A stretch of 64,000 nt of DNA from contig JAUCBJ010003036.1 in the NCBI GenBank assembly GCA_032718475.1, forward strand, positions 26,256 through 90,255, read 5' to 3'. Shown here one piece after another: positions 21,110-34,697 of this stretch; position 1 is the first letter of the stretch; every line of letters begins with the position of its first letter. The notes beneath the pieces were generated by a model. The model saw only the letters and a program-made list of their open reading frames with translations, was not told where the DNA came from and searched no databases. The DNA comes from Nemertoderma westbladi (taxonomy: Eukaryota > Animalia > Xenacoelomorpha). Position numbers and translations under genes: made by a program.

Positions 21110-22131
21110 GCCGATAACGACTTGGGTGTCGAGGAAGCGGATGGATGGGAACATGGATCGTGGCATGTGCGGGCAGCATTGCCGAAACGGGTGTGGTAAA
21201 AGCACATTCCTTTGCTCGCCGAGACTGTGTTCCAGTCTTTGTGTGAGCGGAAGCTGCCGGCTGGGGTTTTCTGCGACTTGGCAATCATATAGGTAGTAGC
21301 AGCCATCGGAGACTCCCGGACGATGATGTCGGCCTTCTCCGCATAAATCTCGAGTGGAATAGTATCATCCGCCATGATCCGGCGGACTTCAACCGGCATG
21401 CAGGACATGAAGTGTATGCGGAAATCGGTTGACTGTGGGGCATCTGACAGCGCCTCCATGCGGGCGAGCAGATGCGATGGCTTTTGGTCGCCGAGCGAGA
21501 CGATCTTGGCCAGATCCTGTGCACGGTCGTAGCTCGATTTGGCAAAGAGGCGGATCAGTTTCAATTTCAGTTCGAGGTAGTTTGTGCCAGCATTGTTGGG
21601 ATGAAGAACCTCGTTGTTTACCAGGTCGAGTGTGCTGTCATCGATATCAGCGATAAGTCGGACAAACTTATCCTGGTCTGCCACTATTCCCCTCTGCTCG
21701 AATGCGCTCTCGACTCGGACGAAGTAACGGCGAATTTCGGTGGTCGAGAATGGCGGTAGTTTAAATGGGAGAGGGACTTGGTGGGCGATCGCCGCTCTGG
21801 CAACTCCTGCCTGGAGGATAGGAGACTGTTGGATGATGGCGGTAGCAGCATCAGCGTGGGTTGGCGGAACCGTCGCATCGGCTGGCTGACGATCTCTGTG
21901 AGCTGGGGTAGGCATTTCGAGGGCTTCCACAGCGGCGAGAGCATCGGCTGGGCCCACATGGAGAAGGGCCAAGTTGCCCGGGTCCTGTCTGATCAGCAGG
22001 ATAGCAACTGGGTTTTGGGTGAGGGCTGCCGCTGCGACTTGGGCATTGTGGATGAGTTGTTCCGCCTCTTCCCTCAACTCGTGGGGGGCGTTGGCGATCG
22101 CCTGGATTTGGTCCGCCAGCAACTTCACCAT
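21082..22131 (-). CDS. Element A Gag
   Basis: 349 aa. Motifs KLPPF...YFVRVESAF and LGDQKPSHLL, plus the CHCC knuckle CFYHTRFGNAARTCHDPC, characteristic of CsRn1-like Gypsy elements. Confidence 0.92.
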   Translation of the reverse strand: MVKLLADQIQAIANAPHELREEAEQLIHNAQVAAAALTQNPVAILLIRQDPGNLALLHVGPADALAAVEALEMPTPAHRDRQPADATVPPTHADAATAIIQQSPILQAGVARAAIAHQVPLPFKLPPFSTTEIRRYFVRVESAFEQRGIVADQDKFVRLIADIDDSTLDLVNNEVLHPNNAGTNYLELKLKLIRLFAKSSYDRAQDLAKIVSLGDQKPSHLLARMEALSDAPQSTDFRIHFMSCMPVEVRRIMADDTIPLEIYAEKADIIVRESPMAATTYMIAKSQKTPAGSFRSHKDWNTVSASKGMCFYHTRFGNAARTCHDPCSHPSASSTPKSLSAGNARAGRQ

Positions 22132-22147
22132 TATGCTGCGAGTTCAG

Positions 22148-22165
22148 ATCTCGTCTGGGTCACCA
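22148..22165 (-). promoter_or_regulatory. Primer binding site complementary to the tRNA-Trp 3' end
   Basis: Minus strand TGGTGACCCAGACGAGAT, 1 nt after the 5' LTR. It matches the metazoan tRNA-Trp end ATCACGTCGGGGTCACCA at 16/18 (reference recalled, not searched). Confidence 0.85.
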
Positions 22166-22166
22166 G

Positions 22167-22399
22167 TGTGGTGCACGGGCCGAAATGAGTTCTAGTTGAA
22201 TAAGGCCCCCATGCAACCAAGAAGAAAAGAAGATAGACAGATTTACAGATAAAGTATATCAGTATTGCAGTATGATATTCAAACAGGTTACAGCATTAGG
22301 TACAACAGCAGTTCTCACATACCGGTAGGTAGGACTATATGTACCAATGGGTTAGGACCACACGACATATCATATATATCTCAATTTGAGTTCCCCACA
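22167..22399 (-). repeat. Element A 5' LTR
   Basis: 233 bp, followed by the TSD CCGC. Confidence 0.97.
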
Positions 22400-23527
22400 C
22401 CGCCCTACCCACTGCCCTACCCACCGCCCTACCCGCCGCCCTGCCCCACAGCCACAGTCTCACGCCAACCTACCCGCCATTCTACCACACAGCCACAGTC
22501 TCACGCTGCCCTAATGCACAGCCACAGTCTCATGCCGCCCTACACCACAGCCACAATCTCATGCCGCCCTACCCGCCACCCTACTCCACAGCCACAGTCT
22601 CACGCTGCCCTAACGCACAGCCACAGTCTCACGCCACCCTACCCGTCGCCATACCCCACAGCCACAGTCTCACACTGCCCTACCTGCCACCCTACCCCAC
22701 AGCCACAGTCTCACGCCAACCTACCCGCCGTTCTACCACACAGCCACAGTCTCACACCGCCCTACCCACTGCCCTACCCACCGCCCTACCCGCCGCCCTG
22801 CCCCACAGCCACAGTCTCACGCCAACCTACCCGCCATTCTACCACACAGCCACAGTCTCACGCTGCCCTAATGCACAGCCACAGTCTCATGCCGCCCTAC
22901 ACCACAGCCACAATCTCATGCCGCCCTACCCGCCACCCTACTCCACAGCCACAGTCTCACGCTGCCCTAACGCACAGCCACAGTCTCACGCCACCCTACC
23001 CGTCGCCATACCCCACAGCCACAGTCTCACACCGCCCTACCCGCCGCCCTACCCCACAGCCACAGTCTCACGCCAACCTACCCGCCGTTCTACCACACAG
23101 CCACAGTCTCACACTGCCCACTGCCCTACCCACCGCCCTACCCGCTGCCCTGCCCCACAGTCTCACGCCAACCTACCCGCCATTCTACCACACAGCCACA
23201 GTCTCACGCTGCCCTAATGCACAGCCACAGTCTCATGCCGCCCTACACCACAGCCACAATCTCACGCCGCTCTACCCGCCACCCTACTCCACAGCCACAG
23301 TCTCACGCTGCCCTAACGCACAGCCACAGTCTCACGCCACCCTACCCGCCGCCCTACCCCACAGCCACAGTCTCACGCTGCCTTACCCCACAGCCACATT
23401 CTCACGCTGCCCTACCCCACAGCCACAGTCTCACGCCGCCCTACCCCACAGCCACAGTTGCACGCTGCCCTAACTAACAGCCACTGTCTCAAGCCACCCT
23501 ACCCTACAATCACAATCTCACGCCGCC

Positions 23528-23601
23528 CTACTACTACTACTAGGATTGGCATGCTGCATTGCAGCTGCATTTTTAAGAATGCTGTGCCGGTTTATCGACA
23601 A
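23528..23601 (-). mobile_element. Very short 3' end of the RTE-like LINE inside the satellite (copy 1)
   Basis: Reverse complement of ~2398-2470, including the (TAG)n tail. Confidence 0.85.
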
Positions 23602-25642
23602 CACATGCCGCCCTACCCACCCCCCTACCCCACAGCCACAATCGGACGCGGCCCTACCACACAGCCACAGTCTCATGCTGCCCTAATGCACAGCCACATC
23701 CGCCCCCCCCCCTAGTCCACAGCCCCAGTCTCAAGCTGCCCTAACGCACAGCTACAGTCTCATGCCGCCCTACCCGCCGCCCTACCCCACAGCCACAGTC
23801 TCACGCTGCCGTACCCCACAGCCACATTCTCACACCACCCTACCTGCCGCCTACCCCACAGCCACAGTCTCACGGCCGCCCTACCCCATAGCCACAGTCT
23901 CACACTGCCCTAATGCACAGCCACAGTCTCATGCCGCCCTACAGCACAGCCACAATCTCACGCTGCCCTACCCATCGCCCTACCCCACAGCCACAGTCTG
24001 ACGCGGCCCTACACCACAGCCACAGTCTCACTCTGCCCTACCGCACAGCAACAGTCTCATGCCGCCCTGCCACACAGCCACAATCTGATACGGCCCTATC
24101 CCACAGCCACAGTCTCACGCCACCCTACCTCACAGCCACAATTTTACGCCACCCTAGGTGCCACCCTACCCCACAGTCACAGTCTGATGCGACCCCCACC
24201 CCGCAGCCACAGTCTCACGCTGACCTACCCCACAGCCACAATCTCACGCCGCCCTACCCGCCGCCCTACCCCACAGCCACAGTCTCACGCCGCCCTACCC
24301 GCCGCCCTACCCCACAGCCACATTCTCACACTGCCCCACCTCACAGCCACAGTCTCACGCACCCTACTCCACAGCCACAGTCTCACGCCGCCCTACCCCA
24401 CAGCCACAATCTCACGCCGCCCTAGGCGCCACCCTACTCCACAGCCAGAGTCTGACGCGGCCCCACCCCGCAGCCACAGTATCAAGCTGACCTACCCCAC
24501 AGCCACAATCTCACACCGCCCTACCTGCCGCCCTACCCCACAGCCACAGTCTCACGCCGCCCTACCCGCCACTCTACCCCACAGCCACAGTCTCACGCTG
24601 CCCTACTCCATAGCCACATTCTCACACTGGCCTACCTCACAGCTACAGTCTCACGCACCCTACCCCACAGCCACAGTCTCACGCCGCCCTACCCCACAGT
24701 CACAATCTCACACTGCCCTACCCCACAGCCACAGTCTCACGCCGCCCTACCCCACAGCCACAGTCTCACACTGCCCTACCCCACAGCCACAGTCTCATGC
24801 CGCTCTACCCGCTGCCCTACCCCACAGCCACAGACTCAAACTGCTCTACCCCACAGCCACAGTCTCACGCTACCCTAACCCACAGTCTCACGCTGCACTA
24901 CCCGCCCCCCTACTCCACATCCACAGTCTCACGCTGCCCTACCCGCCGCCTACCCCACAGCCACAGTCTCACCCCGCCCTACCCCACAGCCACAGTCTCA
25001 CGCTGCCCTACCCGCCGCCTACCCCACAGCCACAGTCTCACCCCGCCCTACCCCACAGCCACAGTCTCACGCTGCCCTACCCCACAGTCACAATCTCACA
25101 CTGCCCTACCCCACAGCCACAGTCTCACCCCGCCCTACCCCACAGCCACAGTCTCACGCTGCCCTACCCCACAGCCACAGTCTCACGCCAACCTACCCGC
25201 CGTTCTACCACACAGCCACAGTCTCACACTGCCCACTGCCCTACCCACCGCCCTACCCGCTGCCCTGCCCCACAGTCTCACGCCAACCTACCCGCCATTC
25301 TACCACACAGCCACAGTCTCACGCTGCCCTAATGCACAGCCACAGTCTCATGCCGCCCTACACCACAGCCACAATCTCACGCCGCTCTACCCGCCACCCT
25401 ACTCCACAGCCACAGTCTCACGCTGCCCTAACGCACAGCCACAGTCTCACGCCACCCTACCCGCCGCCCTACCCCACAGCCACAGTCTCACGCTGCCTTA
25501 CCCCACAGCCACATTCTCACGCTGCCCTACCCCACAGCCACAGTCTCACGCCGCCCTACCCCACAGCCACAGTTGCACGCTGCCCTAACTAACAGCCACT
25601 GTCTCAAGCCACCCTACCCTACAATCACAATCTCACGCCGCC

Positions 25643-25716
25643 CTACTACTACTACTAGGATTGGCATGCTGCATTGCAGCTGCATTTTTAAGAATGCTGT
25701 GCCGGTTTATCGACAA
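25643..25716 (-). mobile_element. Very short 3' end of the RTE-like LINE inside the satellite (copy 2, duplicated with the 2.1-kb unit)
   Basis: Same sequence and same flanks as 23528-23601. Confidence 0.85.
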
Positions 25717-28700
25717 CACATGCCGCCCTACCCACCCCCCTACCCCACAGCCACAATCGGACGCGGCCCTACCACACAGCCACAGTCTCATGCTGCCCTA
25801 ATGCACAGCCACATCCGCCCCCCCCCCCCCCCCTAGTCCACAGCCCCAGTCTCAAGCTGCCCTAACGCACAGCTACAGTCTCATGCCGCCCTACCCGCCG
25901 CCCTACCCCACAGCCACAGTCTCACGCTGCCGTACCCCACAGCCACATTCTCACACCACCCTACCTGCCGCCTACCCCACAGCCACAGTCTCACGGCCGC
26001 CCTACCCCATAGCCACAGTCTCACACTGCCCTAATGCACAGCCACAGTCTCATGCCGCCCTACAGCACAGCCACAATCTCACGCTGCCCTACCCATCGCC
26101 CTACCCCACAGCCACAGTCTGACGCGGCCCTACACCACAGCCACAGTCTCACTCTGCCCTACCGCACAGCAACAGTCTCATGCCGCCCTGCCACACAGCC
26201 ACAATCTGATACGGCCCTATCCCACAGCCACAGTCTCACGCCACCCTACCTCACAGCCACAATTTTACGCCACCCTAGGTGCCACCCTACCCCACAGTCA
26301 CAGTCTGATGCGACCCCCACCCCGCAGCCACAGTCTCACGCTGACCTACCCCACAGCCACAATCTCACGCCGCCCTACCCGCCGCCCTACCCCACAGCCA
26401 CAGTCTCACGCCGCCCTACCCGCCGCCCTACCCCACAGCCACATTCTCACACTGCCCCACCTCACAGCCACAGTCTCACGCACCCTACTCCACAGCCACA
26501 GTCTCACGCCGCCCTACCCCACAGCCACAATCTCACGCCGCCCTAGGCGCCACCCTACTCCACAGCCAGAGTCTGACGCGGCCCCACCCCGCAGCCACAG
26601 TATCAAGCTGACCTACCCCACAGCCACAATCTCACACCGCCCTACCTGCCGCCCTACCCCACAGCCACAGTCTCACGCCGCCCTACCCGCCACTCTACCC
26701 CACAGCCACAGTCTCACGCTGCCCTACTCCATAGCCACATTCTCACACTGGCCTACCTCACAGCTACAGTCTCACGCACCCTACCCCACAGCCACAGTCT
26801 CACGCCGCCCTACCCCACAGTCACAATCTCACACTGCCCTACCCCACAGCCACAGTCTCACGCCGCCCTACCCCACAGCCACAGTCTCACACTGCCCTAC
26901 CCCACAGCCACAGTCTCATGCCGCTCTACCCGCTGCCCTACCCCACAGCCACAGACTCAAACTGCTCTACCCCACAGCCACAGTCTCACGCTACCCTAAC
27001 CCACAGTCTCACGCTGCACTACCCGCCCCCCTACTCCACATCCACAGTCTCACGCTGCCCTACCCGCCGCCTACCCCACAGCCACAGTCTCACCCCGCCC
27101 TACCCCACAGCCACAGTCTCACGCTGCCCTACCCGCCGCCTACCCCACAGCCACAGTCTCACCCCGCCCTACCCCACAGCCACAGTCTCACGCTGCCCTA
27201 CCCCACAGTCACAATCTCACACTGCCCTACCCCACAGCCACAGTCTCACCCCGCCCTACCCCACAGCCACAGTCTCACGCTGCCCTATTCCACAGCCACA
27301 GTCTCACACTGCCCTACCCCACAGCCAGATTCTCACGCTGCCCTACCGCCCTACCCACTGCCCTACCCCACAGCCACAGTCCCACACTGCCCTACCACAC
27401 AGCAACAGTCTCATGCCGCCCTACCACACAGCTACAGTCTGATATGGCCCTATCCCACAGCCACAGTCTGACGCCGCCCTACCCCACAACCACAATCTCA
27501 TGCTGCCCTAGGCGCCGACCTACCCCACAGCCACAGTCTGATGCGGCCCCACCCCGCAGCCACAGTCTCACGCTGACCTACCCCTCAGCCACAATCTCAC
27601 GCCGCCCGTACCCACCACCCTACCCCACAGCCACAGTCTTACGCCACCCTACCACCCTACCCGCCACCCTACCCCACAGCCACAGTCTCACGCCGCCCTA
27701 CCCGCCGCCCTACCCCACAGCTACAGTCTCACGCTGCCCTACTCCACAGCCACATTCTCACACTGCCCCACCTCACAGCCACAGTCTCACGCGCCCTACC
27801 CCACAGCCACAGTCTCACGCCGCCCTACCCCACAGCCACAATCTCATGCCGCCTAAGGCGCCGCCCTACCCCACAGCCACAGTCTGACGCAGCCCCACCC
27901 CACAGCCACGGTATCACGCTGACCTACCCCACAGCCACAATCTCACACCGCCCTACCCGCTACCCTACCCCACAGCCACAGTCTCATGCCGCCCTACCGC
28001 ACTACCCGCCGCCCTACCCCACAGCCACAGTCTCACGCTGTCCTACTCCACAGCCACATTCTCACACTGCCCCACCTCACAGCCACAGTCTCACGCGCCC
28101 TACCCCACAGCCACAGTCTCACACCACGCTACCCCACAGTCACAATCTCACACTGCCCTACCCCACAGCCACAATCTCACGCCACCCCACCCCACAGCCA
28201 CAATCTCATGCCGCTCTACCCACCGCCCTACCCCACAGCCACAGTCTCACACTGCTCTACCCCACAGCCACAGTCTCACGCTGCACTACCCACCGCCCTA
28301 CCCCACAGCCACAGTCTCACGCTGCCCTACCCCACAGCCACAGTCTCATGCCGCCCTACCCGCCGCCCTACCCCACAGCCACAGTCTCATGATGCCCTAC
28401 CCCACAGCCACAGTCTCACGCCGCCCTACCCCACAGCCACAGTTGCACGCTGCCCTAACTAATAGCCACTGTCTCAAGCCACCCTACCCCACAGCCACAA
28501 TCGGACGCGGCCCTACCACACAGCCACAGTCTCACGCTGCCCTAATGCACAGCCACATTCTCATGCCGCCCTACCCGCCCCCCTACTCAACATTCACAGT
28601 CCCAAACTGCCCTACCACACAGCAACAGTCTCATGCCGCCCTACCATACAGCCACAGTCTGATACAGCCCTATCCCACAGCCACAATCGCATGCCGCCCT

Positions 28701-31700
28701 AGGTGCCGCCCTACCCCACAGCCACAGTCTGATGCGGCCCCACCCTGCAGCCACAGTCTCACGCTGACCTACCCCACAGCCACAATCTCACGCCGCCCTA
28801 CCCACTGCCCTACCCCACAGCCACAGTCTCACGCCGCCCTACCCGCCACCCTAACCCACAGCCACAGTCTCACCCCGCCCTACCCCACAGCCACAGTCTC
28901 ACGCTGCCCTATTCCACAGCCACAGTCTCACGCTGCCCTACTCCACAGCCACATTCTCACACTGCCCCACCTCACAGCCACAGTCTCACGCGCCCTACCC
29001 CACAGCCACAGTCTCACGCCGCCCTACCCCACAGCCATAATCTCATGCCGCCTAAGGCACCGCCCTACCCCACAGCCACAGTCTGACGCAGCCCCACCCC
29101 ACAGCCACAGTATCACGCTGACCTACCCCACAGCCACAATCTCACATCGCCCTACCTGCTACCCTACCCCACAGCCACAGTCTCACGCCGCCCTACCGCC
29201 CTACCCGCCGCCCTACCCCACAGCCACAGTCTCACGCTGTCCTACTCCACAGCCACATTCTCACACTGCCCCACCTCACAGCCACAGTCTCACGCACCCT
29301 ACCCCACAGCCACAGTCTCACACCACGCTACCCCACAATCACAATCTCACACTGCCCTACCCCACAGCCACAATCTCACGCCACCCCACCCCACCCCACA
29401 GCCACAGTCTCACACTGCCCTACCCCACAGCCACAGTCTCATGCCGCTCTACCCACCGCCCTACCCCACAGCCACAGTCTCACACTGCTCTACCCCACAG
29501 CCACAGTCTCACGCTGCCCTACCCCACAGTCTCACGCTGCACTACCCACCGCCCTACCCCACAGCCAGGGTCTCACGCTGCACTACTCCACAGCCACAGT
29601 CTGACGCGGCCCCACCCTGCAGCCACAGTCTCACGCTGACCTACCCCACAGCCACAGTCTCATGCCGCTCTACCCGCCACCCTACCCCACAGCCACAGTC
29701 TCACACTGCTTTACCCCACAGCCCCAGTCTCACGCTGCCCTACCCCACAGTCTCACGCTGCACTACCCGCCACCCTACCCCACAGCCACAGTCTCACGCC
29801 GCCCTACCCGCCGCCCTACCCCACAGCCACAGTCTCATGATGCCCTACCCCACAGCCACAATCGGACGTGGCCCCTACCACACAGCCACAGTCTCACGCT
29901 GCCCTAATGCACAGCCACATTCTTATGCCGCCCTACCCGCCCCCCTACTCCACATTCACAGTCCCAAACTGCCCTACCACACAGCAACAGTCTCATGCCG
30001 CCCTACCACACAGCCACAGTCTGATACAGCCCTATCCCACAGCCACAGTCTCACGCCGCCCTACCCCACAGCCACAATCGGACGCGGCCCTACCACACAG
30101 CCACAGTCTCACGCTGCCCTAATGCACAGCCACATTCTTATGCCGCCCTACCCGCCCCCCTACTCCACATTCACAGTCCCAAACTGCCCTACCACGCCGC
30201 CCTACACGCCGCCCTACACGCCGCCCTACACGCCGCCCTACCCCACAGCCACAGTCTCATGCCGCCCTACCCGCCACCCTAACCCACAGCCACAGTCTCA
30301 CGCCGCCCTACCCGCCATCCTACCCCACAGCCACAGTCTCACGCTGCCCTACTCCACAGCCACATTCTCACACTGCCCCACCTCACAGCCACAGTCTCAC
30401 GTGCCCTACCCCACACCCACAGTCTCACGCCGCCCTACCCCATAGCCACACTCTCACGCCGCCCTAGGCGCCGCCCTACCCCACAGCCACAATCTCATGC
30501 CGCCCTAGGCGCCGCCCTACCCCACAACCACAGTCTGACGCGGCCCCACCCCGCAGCCACAGTATCACGCTGACCTACCCCACAGCCACAATCTCATGCT
30601 GCCCTACCCCACAGCCACAGTCTCACGCCGCCATACCCGCTGCCCTACGCCACAGCCCTACGCCACAGCCACAGTTTCACGCTGCCCTACTCCACAGCCA
30701 CATTCTCACACTGCCCCACCTAACAACCACAGTCTCACGCACCCTACCCCACAGCCACAGTCTCACGCTGCCCTACCCCATAGCCACACTCTCACGCCGC
30801 CCTACCCCACAGTCACAATCTCACACTGCCCTACCCCACAGCCACAGTCTCACGCCGCCCTACCCCACAGTCACAGTCTCACGCCACCCCACCCCACAGC
30901 CACAGTCTCATGCCGCTCTACCCACCGCCCTACCCCACAGCCACAGTCTCACGCACCCTACCCCACAGCCACAGTCTCACGCCGCCCTACCCCACAGCCA
31001 CAATCTCACGCCACCCCACCCCACAGCCACAGTCTCATGCCGCTCTACCCACCGCCCTACCCCACAGCCACAGTCTCACGCACCCTACCCCACAGCCACA
31101 GTCTCACGCTGCCCTACCCCACAGCCACAGTCTCACGCTGCCCCACCCCACAGTCACAATCTCACACTGCCCTACCCCACAGCCACAATCTCACGCCACC
31201 CCACCCCACAGCCACAGTCTCATGCCGCTCTACCCACCGCCCTACCCCACAGCCACAGTCTCACGCCGCCCTACCCCACAGCCACAGTCTCACACTGCCC
31301 TACCCACCGCCCTACCCCACAGCCACAGTCTCACACTGCTCTACCCCACAGCCACAGTCTCACGCTGCCCACCCCACAGTCTCACACTGCCCTACCCGCC
31401 GCCTACCCCACAGCCACAGTCTCACCCCGCTCTACCCCACAGCCACAGTCTCACGCTGCCCACCCCACAGTCTCACACTGCCCTACCCGCCGCCTACCCC
31501 ACAGCCACAGTCTCACCCCGCTCTACCCCACAGCCACAGTCTCACGCTGCCCACCCCACAGTCTCACGCTGCCCTGCCCCACAGCCACAGTGTCACGCCG
31601 CCCTACCTGCCGCCCTACCCCACAGCCAGTCTCACGCTGCCCTACCCCACAGCCACAGTCTCACGCTGCCCTAACGTACCGCACAGCCACAGTCTCACAC

Positions 31701-34697
31701 CAGCATACCCGCCGATCTACCCCACAGCCACAGTCTCTCGCTGCCCTACCCCACAGCCACAATCTCACGCTGCCCTAACGCACCGCACAGCCACATTCTC
31801 ACGCCAGCCCACCCGCCGCTCTACCCCACAGCCACAGTCTCACACTGCCCTACCCCATAGCCACACTCTCACGCTGCCCTACCCCACAGCCACAGTCTCA
31901 CGCCGCCCTACCTGCTACCCTACCCCACAGCCACAGTCTCACGCTTCCCTACCTGCTACCCTACCCCACAGCCACAGTATCATGCTGCCCTACCCCACAG
32001 CCACAGTCCCACGCCGCCATACCCGCTGCCCTACCCCATAGCCACACTCTCACGCTGCCCTACCCCACAGCCGCAGTCTCATGCCGCCCTACCCCACAGC
32101 CACAGTCTCACGCCGCCCTACCCCACAGCCACAGTCTGACGCGTCCCTACCCCACAGGCACAGTCTCACGCCGCCCTACCCCACAGCCACAGTCTCACGC
32201 CGCCCTACCCCACAGCCACAGTCTCACGCCGCCCTACCCCACAGCCACAGTCTCACGCCGCCCTACCCGCCGTCCTACTGTCCTACCTACACGCCGCCCT
32301 ACACGCCGCCCTACACGCCGCCCTACCCCACAGCCACAGTCTCATGCCGCCCTACCCGCCACCCTAACCCACAGCCACAGTCTCACGCCGCCCTACCCGC
32401 CATCCTACCCCACAGCCACAATCTCACGCTGCCCTACTCCACAGCCACATTCTCACACTGCCCCACCTCACAGCCACAGTCTCACGTGCCCTACCCCACA
32501 CCCACAGTCTCACGCCGCCCTACCCCATAGCCACACTCTCACGCCGCCCTAGGCGCCGCCCTACCCCACAGCCACAATCTCATGCCGCCCTAGGCGCCGT
32601 CCTACCCCACAACCACAGTCTGACGCGGCCCCACCCCGCAGCCACAGTATCACGCTGACCTACCCCACAGCCACAATCTCATGCTGCCCTACCCCACAGT
32701 CTCACGCCGCCATACCCGCTGCCCTACGCCACAGCCCTACGCCACAGCCACAGTTTCACGCTGCCCTACTCCACAGCCACATTCTCACACTGCCCCACCT
32801 AACAACCACAGTCTCACGCACCCTACCCCACAGCCACAGTCTCACGCTGCCCTACCCCATAGCCACACTCTCACGCCGCCCTACCCCACAGTCACAATCT
32901 CACACTGCCCTACCCCACAGCCACAGTCTCACGCCGCCCTACCCCACAGTCACAGTCTCACGCCACCCCACCCCACAGCCACAGTCTCATGCCGCTCTAC
33001 CCACCGCCCTACCCCACAGCCACAGTCTCACGCACCCTACCCCACAGCCACAGTCTCACGCCGCCCTACCCCACAGCCACAATCTCACGCCACCCCACCC
33101 CACAGCCACAGTCTCATGCCGCTCTACCCACCGCCCTACCCCACAGCCACAGTCTCACGCACCCTACCCCACAGCCACAGTCTCACGCTGCCCTACCCCA
33201 CAGCCACAGTCTCACGCTGCCCCACCCCACAGTCACAATCTCACACTGCCCTACCCCACAGCCACAATCTCACGCCACCCCACCCCACAGCCACAGTCTC
33301 ATGCCGCTCTACCCACCGCCCTACCCCACAGCCACAGTCTCACGCCGCCCTACCCCACAGCCACAGTCTCACACTGCCCTACCCACCGCCCTACCCCACA
33401 GCCACAGTCTCACACTGCTCTACCCCACAGCCACAGTCTCACGCTGCCCACCCCACAGTCTCACACTGCCCTACCCGCCGCCTACCCCACAGCCACAGTC
33501 TCACCCCGCTCTACCCCACAGCCACAGTCTCACGCTGCCCACCCCACAGTCTCACGCTGCACTACCCGCCGCCCTACCCCACAGCCACAGTCTCACGCTG
33601 CCCTGCCCCACAGCCACAGTGTCACGCCGCCCTACCTGCCGCCCTACCCCACAGCCAGTCTCACGCTGCCCTACCCCACAGCCACAGTCTCACGCTGCCC
33701 TAACGTACCGCACAGCCACAGTCTCACACCAGCATACCCGCCGATCTACCCCACAGCCACAGTCTCTCGCTGCCCTACCCCACAGCCACAATCTCACGCT
33801 GCCCTAACGCACCGCACAGCCACATTCTCACGCCAGCCCACCCGCCGCTCTACCCCACAGCCACAGTCTCACACTGCCCTACCCCATAGCCACACTCTCA
33901 CGCTGCCCTACCCCACAGCCACAGTCTCACGCCGCCCTACCTGCTACCCTACCCCACAGCCACAGTCTCACGCTGCCCTACCTGCTACCCTACCCCACAG
34001 CCACAGTATCATGCTGCCCTACCCCACAGCCACAGTCCCACGCCGCCATACCCGCTGCCCTACCCCATAGCCACACTCTCACGCTGCCCTACCCCACAGC
34101 CGCAGTCTCATGCCGCCCTACCCCACAGCCACAGTCTCACGCCGCCCTACCCCACAGCCACAGTCTGACGCGTCCCTACCCCACAGGCACAGTCTCACGC
34201 CGCCCTACCCCACAGCCACAGTCTCACGCCGCCCTACCCCACAGCCACAGTCTCACGCCGCCCTACCCCACAGCCACAGTCTCACGCCGCCCTACCCGCC
34301 GTCCTACTGTCCTACCCAACAATACCTGAATACTGCCGCAATATGCTAATTTAATAACGGTAATATTTTCACTAGGCCTATAGATCTTTTTTATTTTTAC
34401 ATAAAACTAATATAAAACCTAATTACACTATGTACATGTACAATTTTACCGAGAGCGTGACAATGTCCGACTCAAAGATAAAGATGTAATGTACAGAACA
34501 ATTTATTATAAAACGTATTTGCAGTATTAATAGTAAATAAATTAATAAACTAATAACTTACTGTAGGACTATTGTACCTATTTTTACATTGCACTCGGAG
34601 GTGAGATTTAACTGCAGATTTAAAAGAATGTTGATTATCTAGGTTTATTATCCAATCCAATTCTTAATACCGTTAAAAAAGAATGTATCAGATTCCA

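Larger units (their letters stand above)
3295..22399 (-). mobile_element. Element A: Ty3/Gypsy LTR retrotransposon, CsRn1-like clade, interrupted by element B
   Basis: 233-bp LTRs TGT...ACA at 3295-3527 and 22167-22399; 4-bp TSD CCGC (3291-3294 / 22400-22403); tRNA-Trp PBS; poly-G PPT; gag with a CHCC motif; domain order PR-RT-RH-IN. Confidence 0.95.
22400..34318. repeat. ~30-bp satellite main array with 12-bp (CCGCCGCCCTAC-like) sub-units and ~2.1-kb higher-order duplications
   Basis: Continuous tandem units. Identical translations recur at offsets 2115/2121 (23217 vs 25332; 23762 vs 25883), and near-identical ones at ~2085 (30596 vs 32681). Confidence 0.97.

Noticed and set aside
7986-21205. 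Three reverse transcriptases as a retron/DGR/defence-type multi-RT system
   Set aside because: Each RT belongs to a separate eukaryotic retrotransposon delimited by its own LTRs/TSDs or tail.
3702-22195. Numerous short plus-strand and alternate-frame ORFs over the retroelements
   Set aside because: They are antisense or shadow frames of gag/pol/ORF2 with no recognisable motifs.
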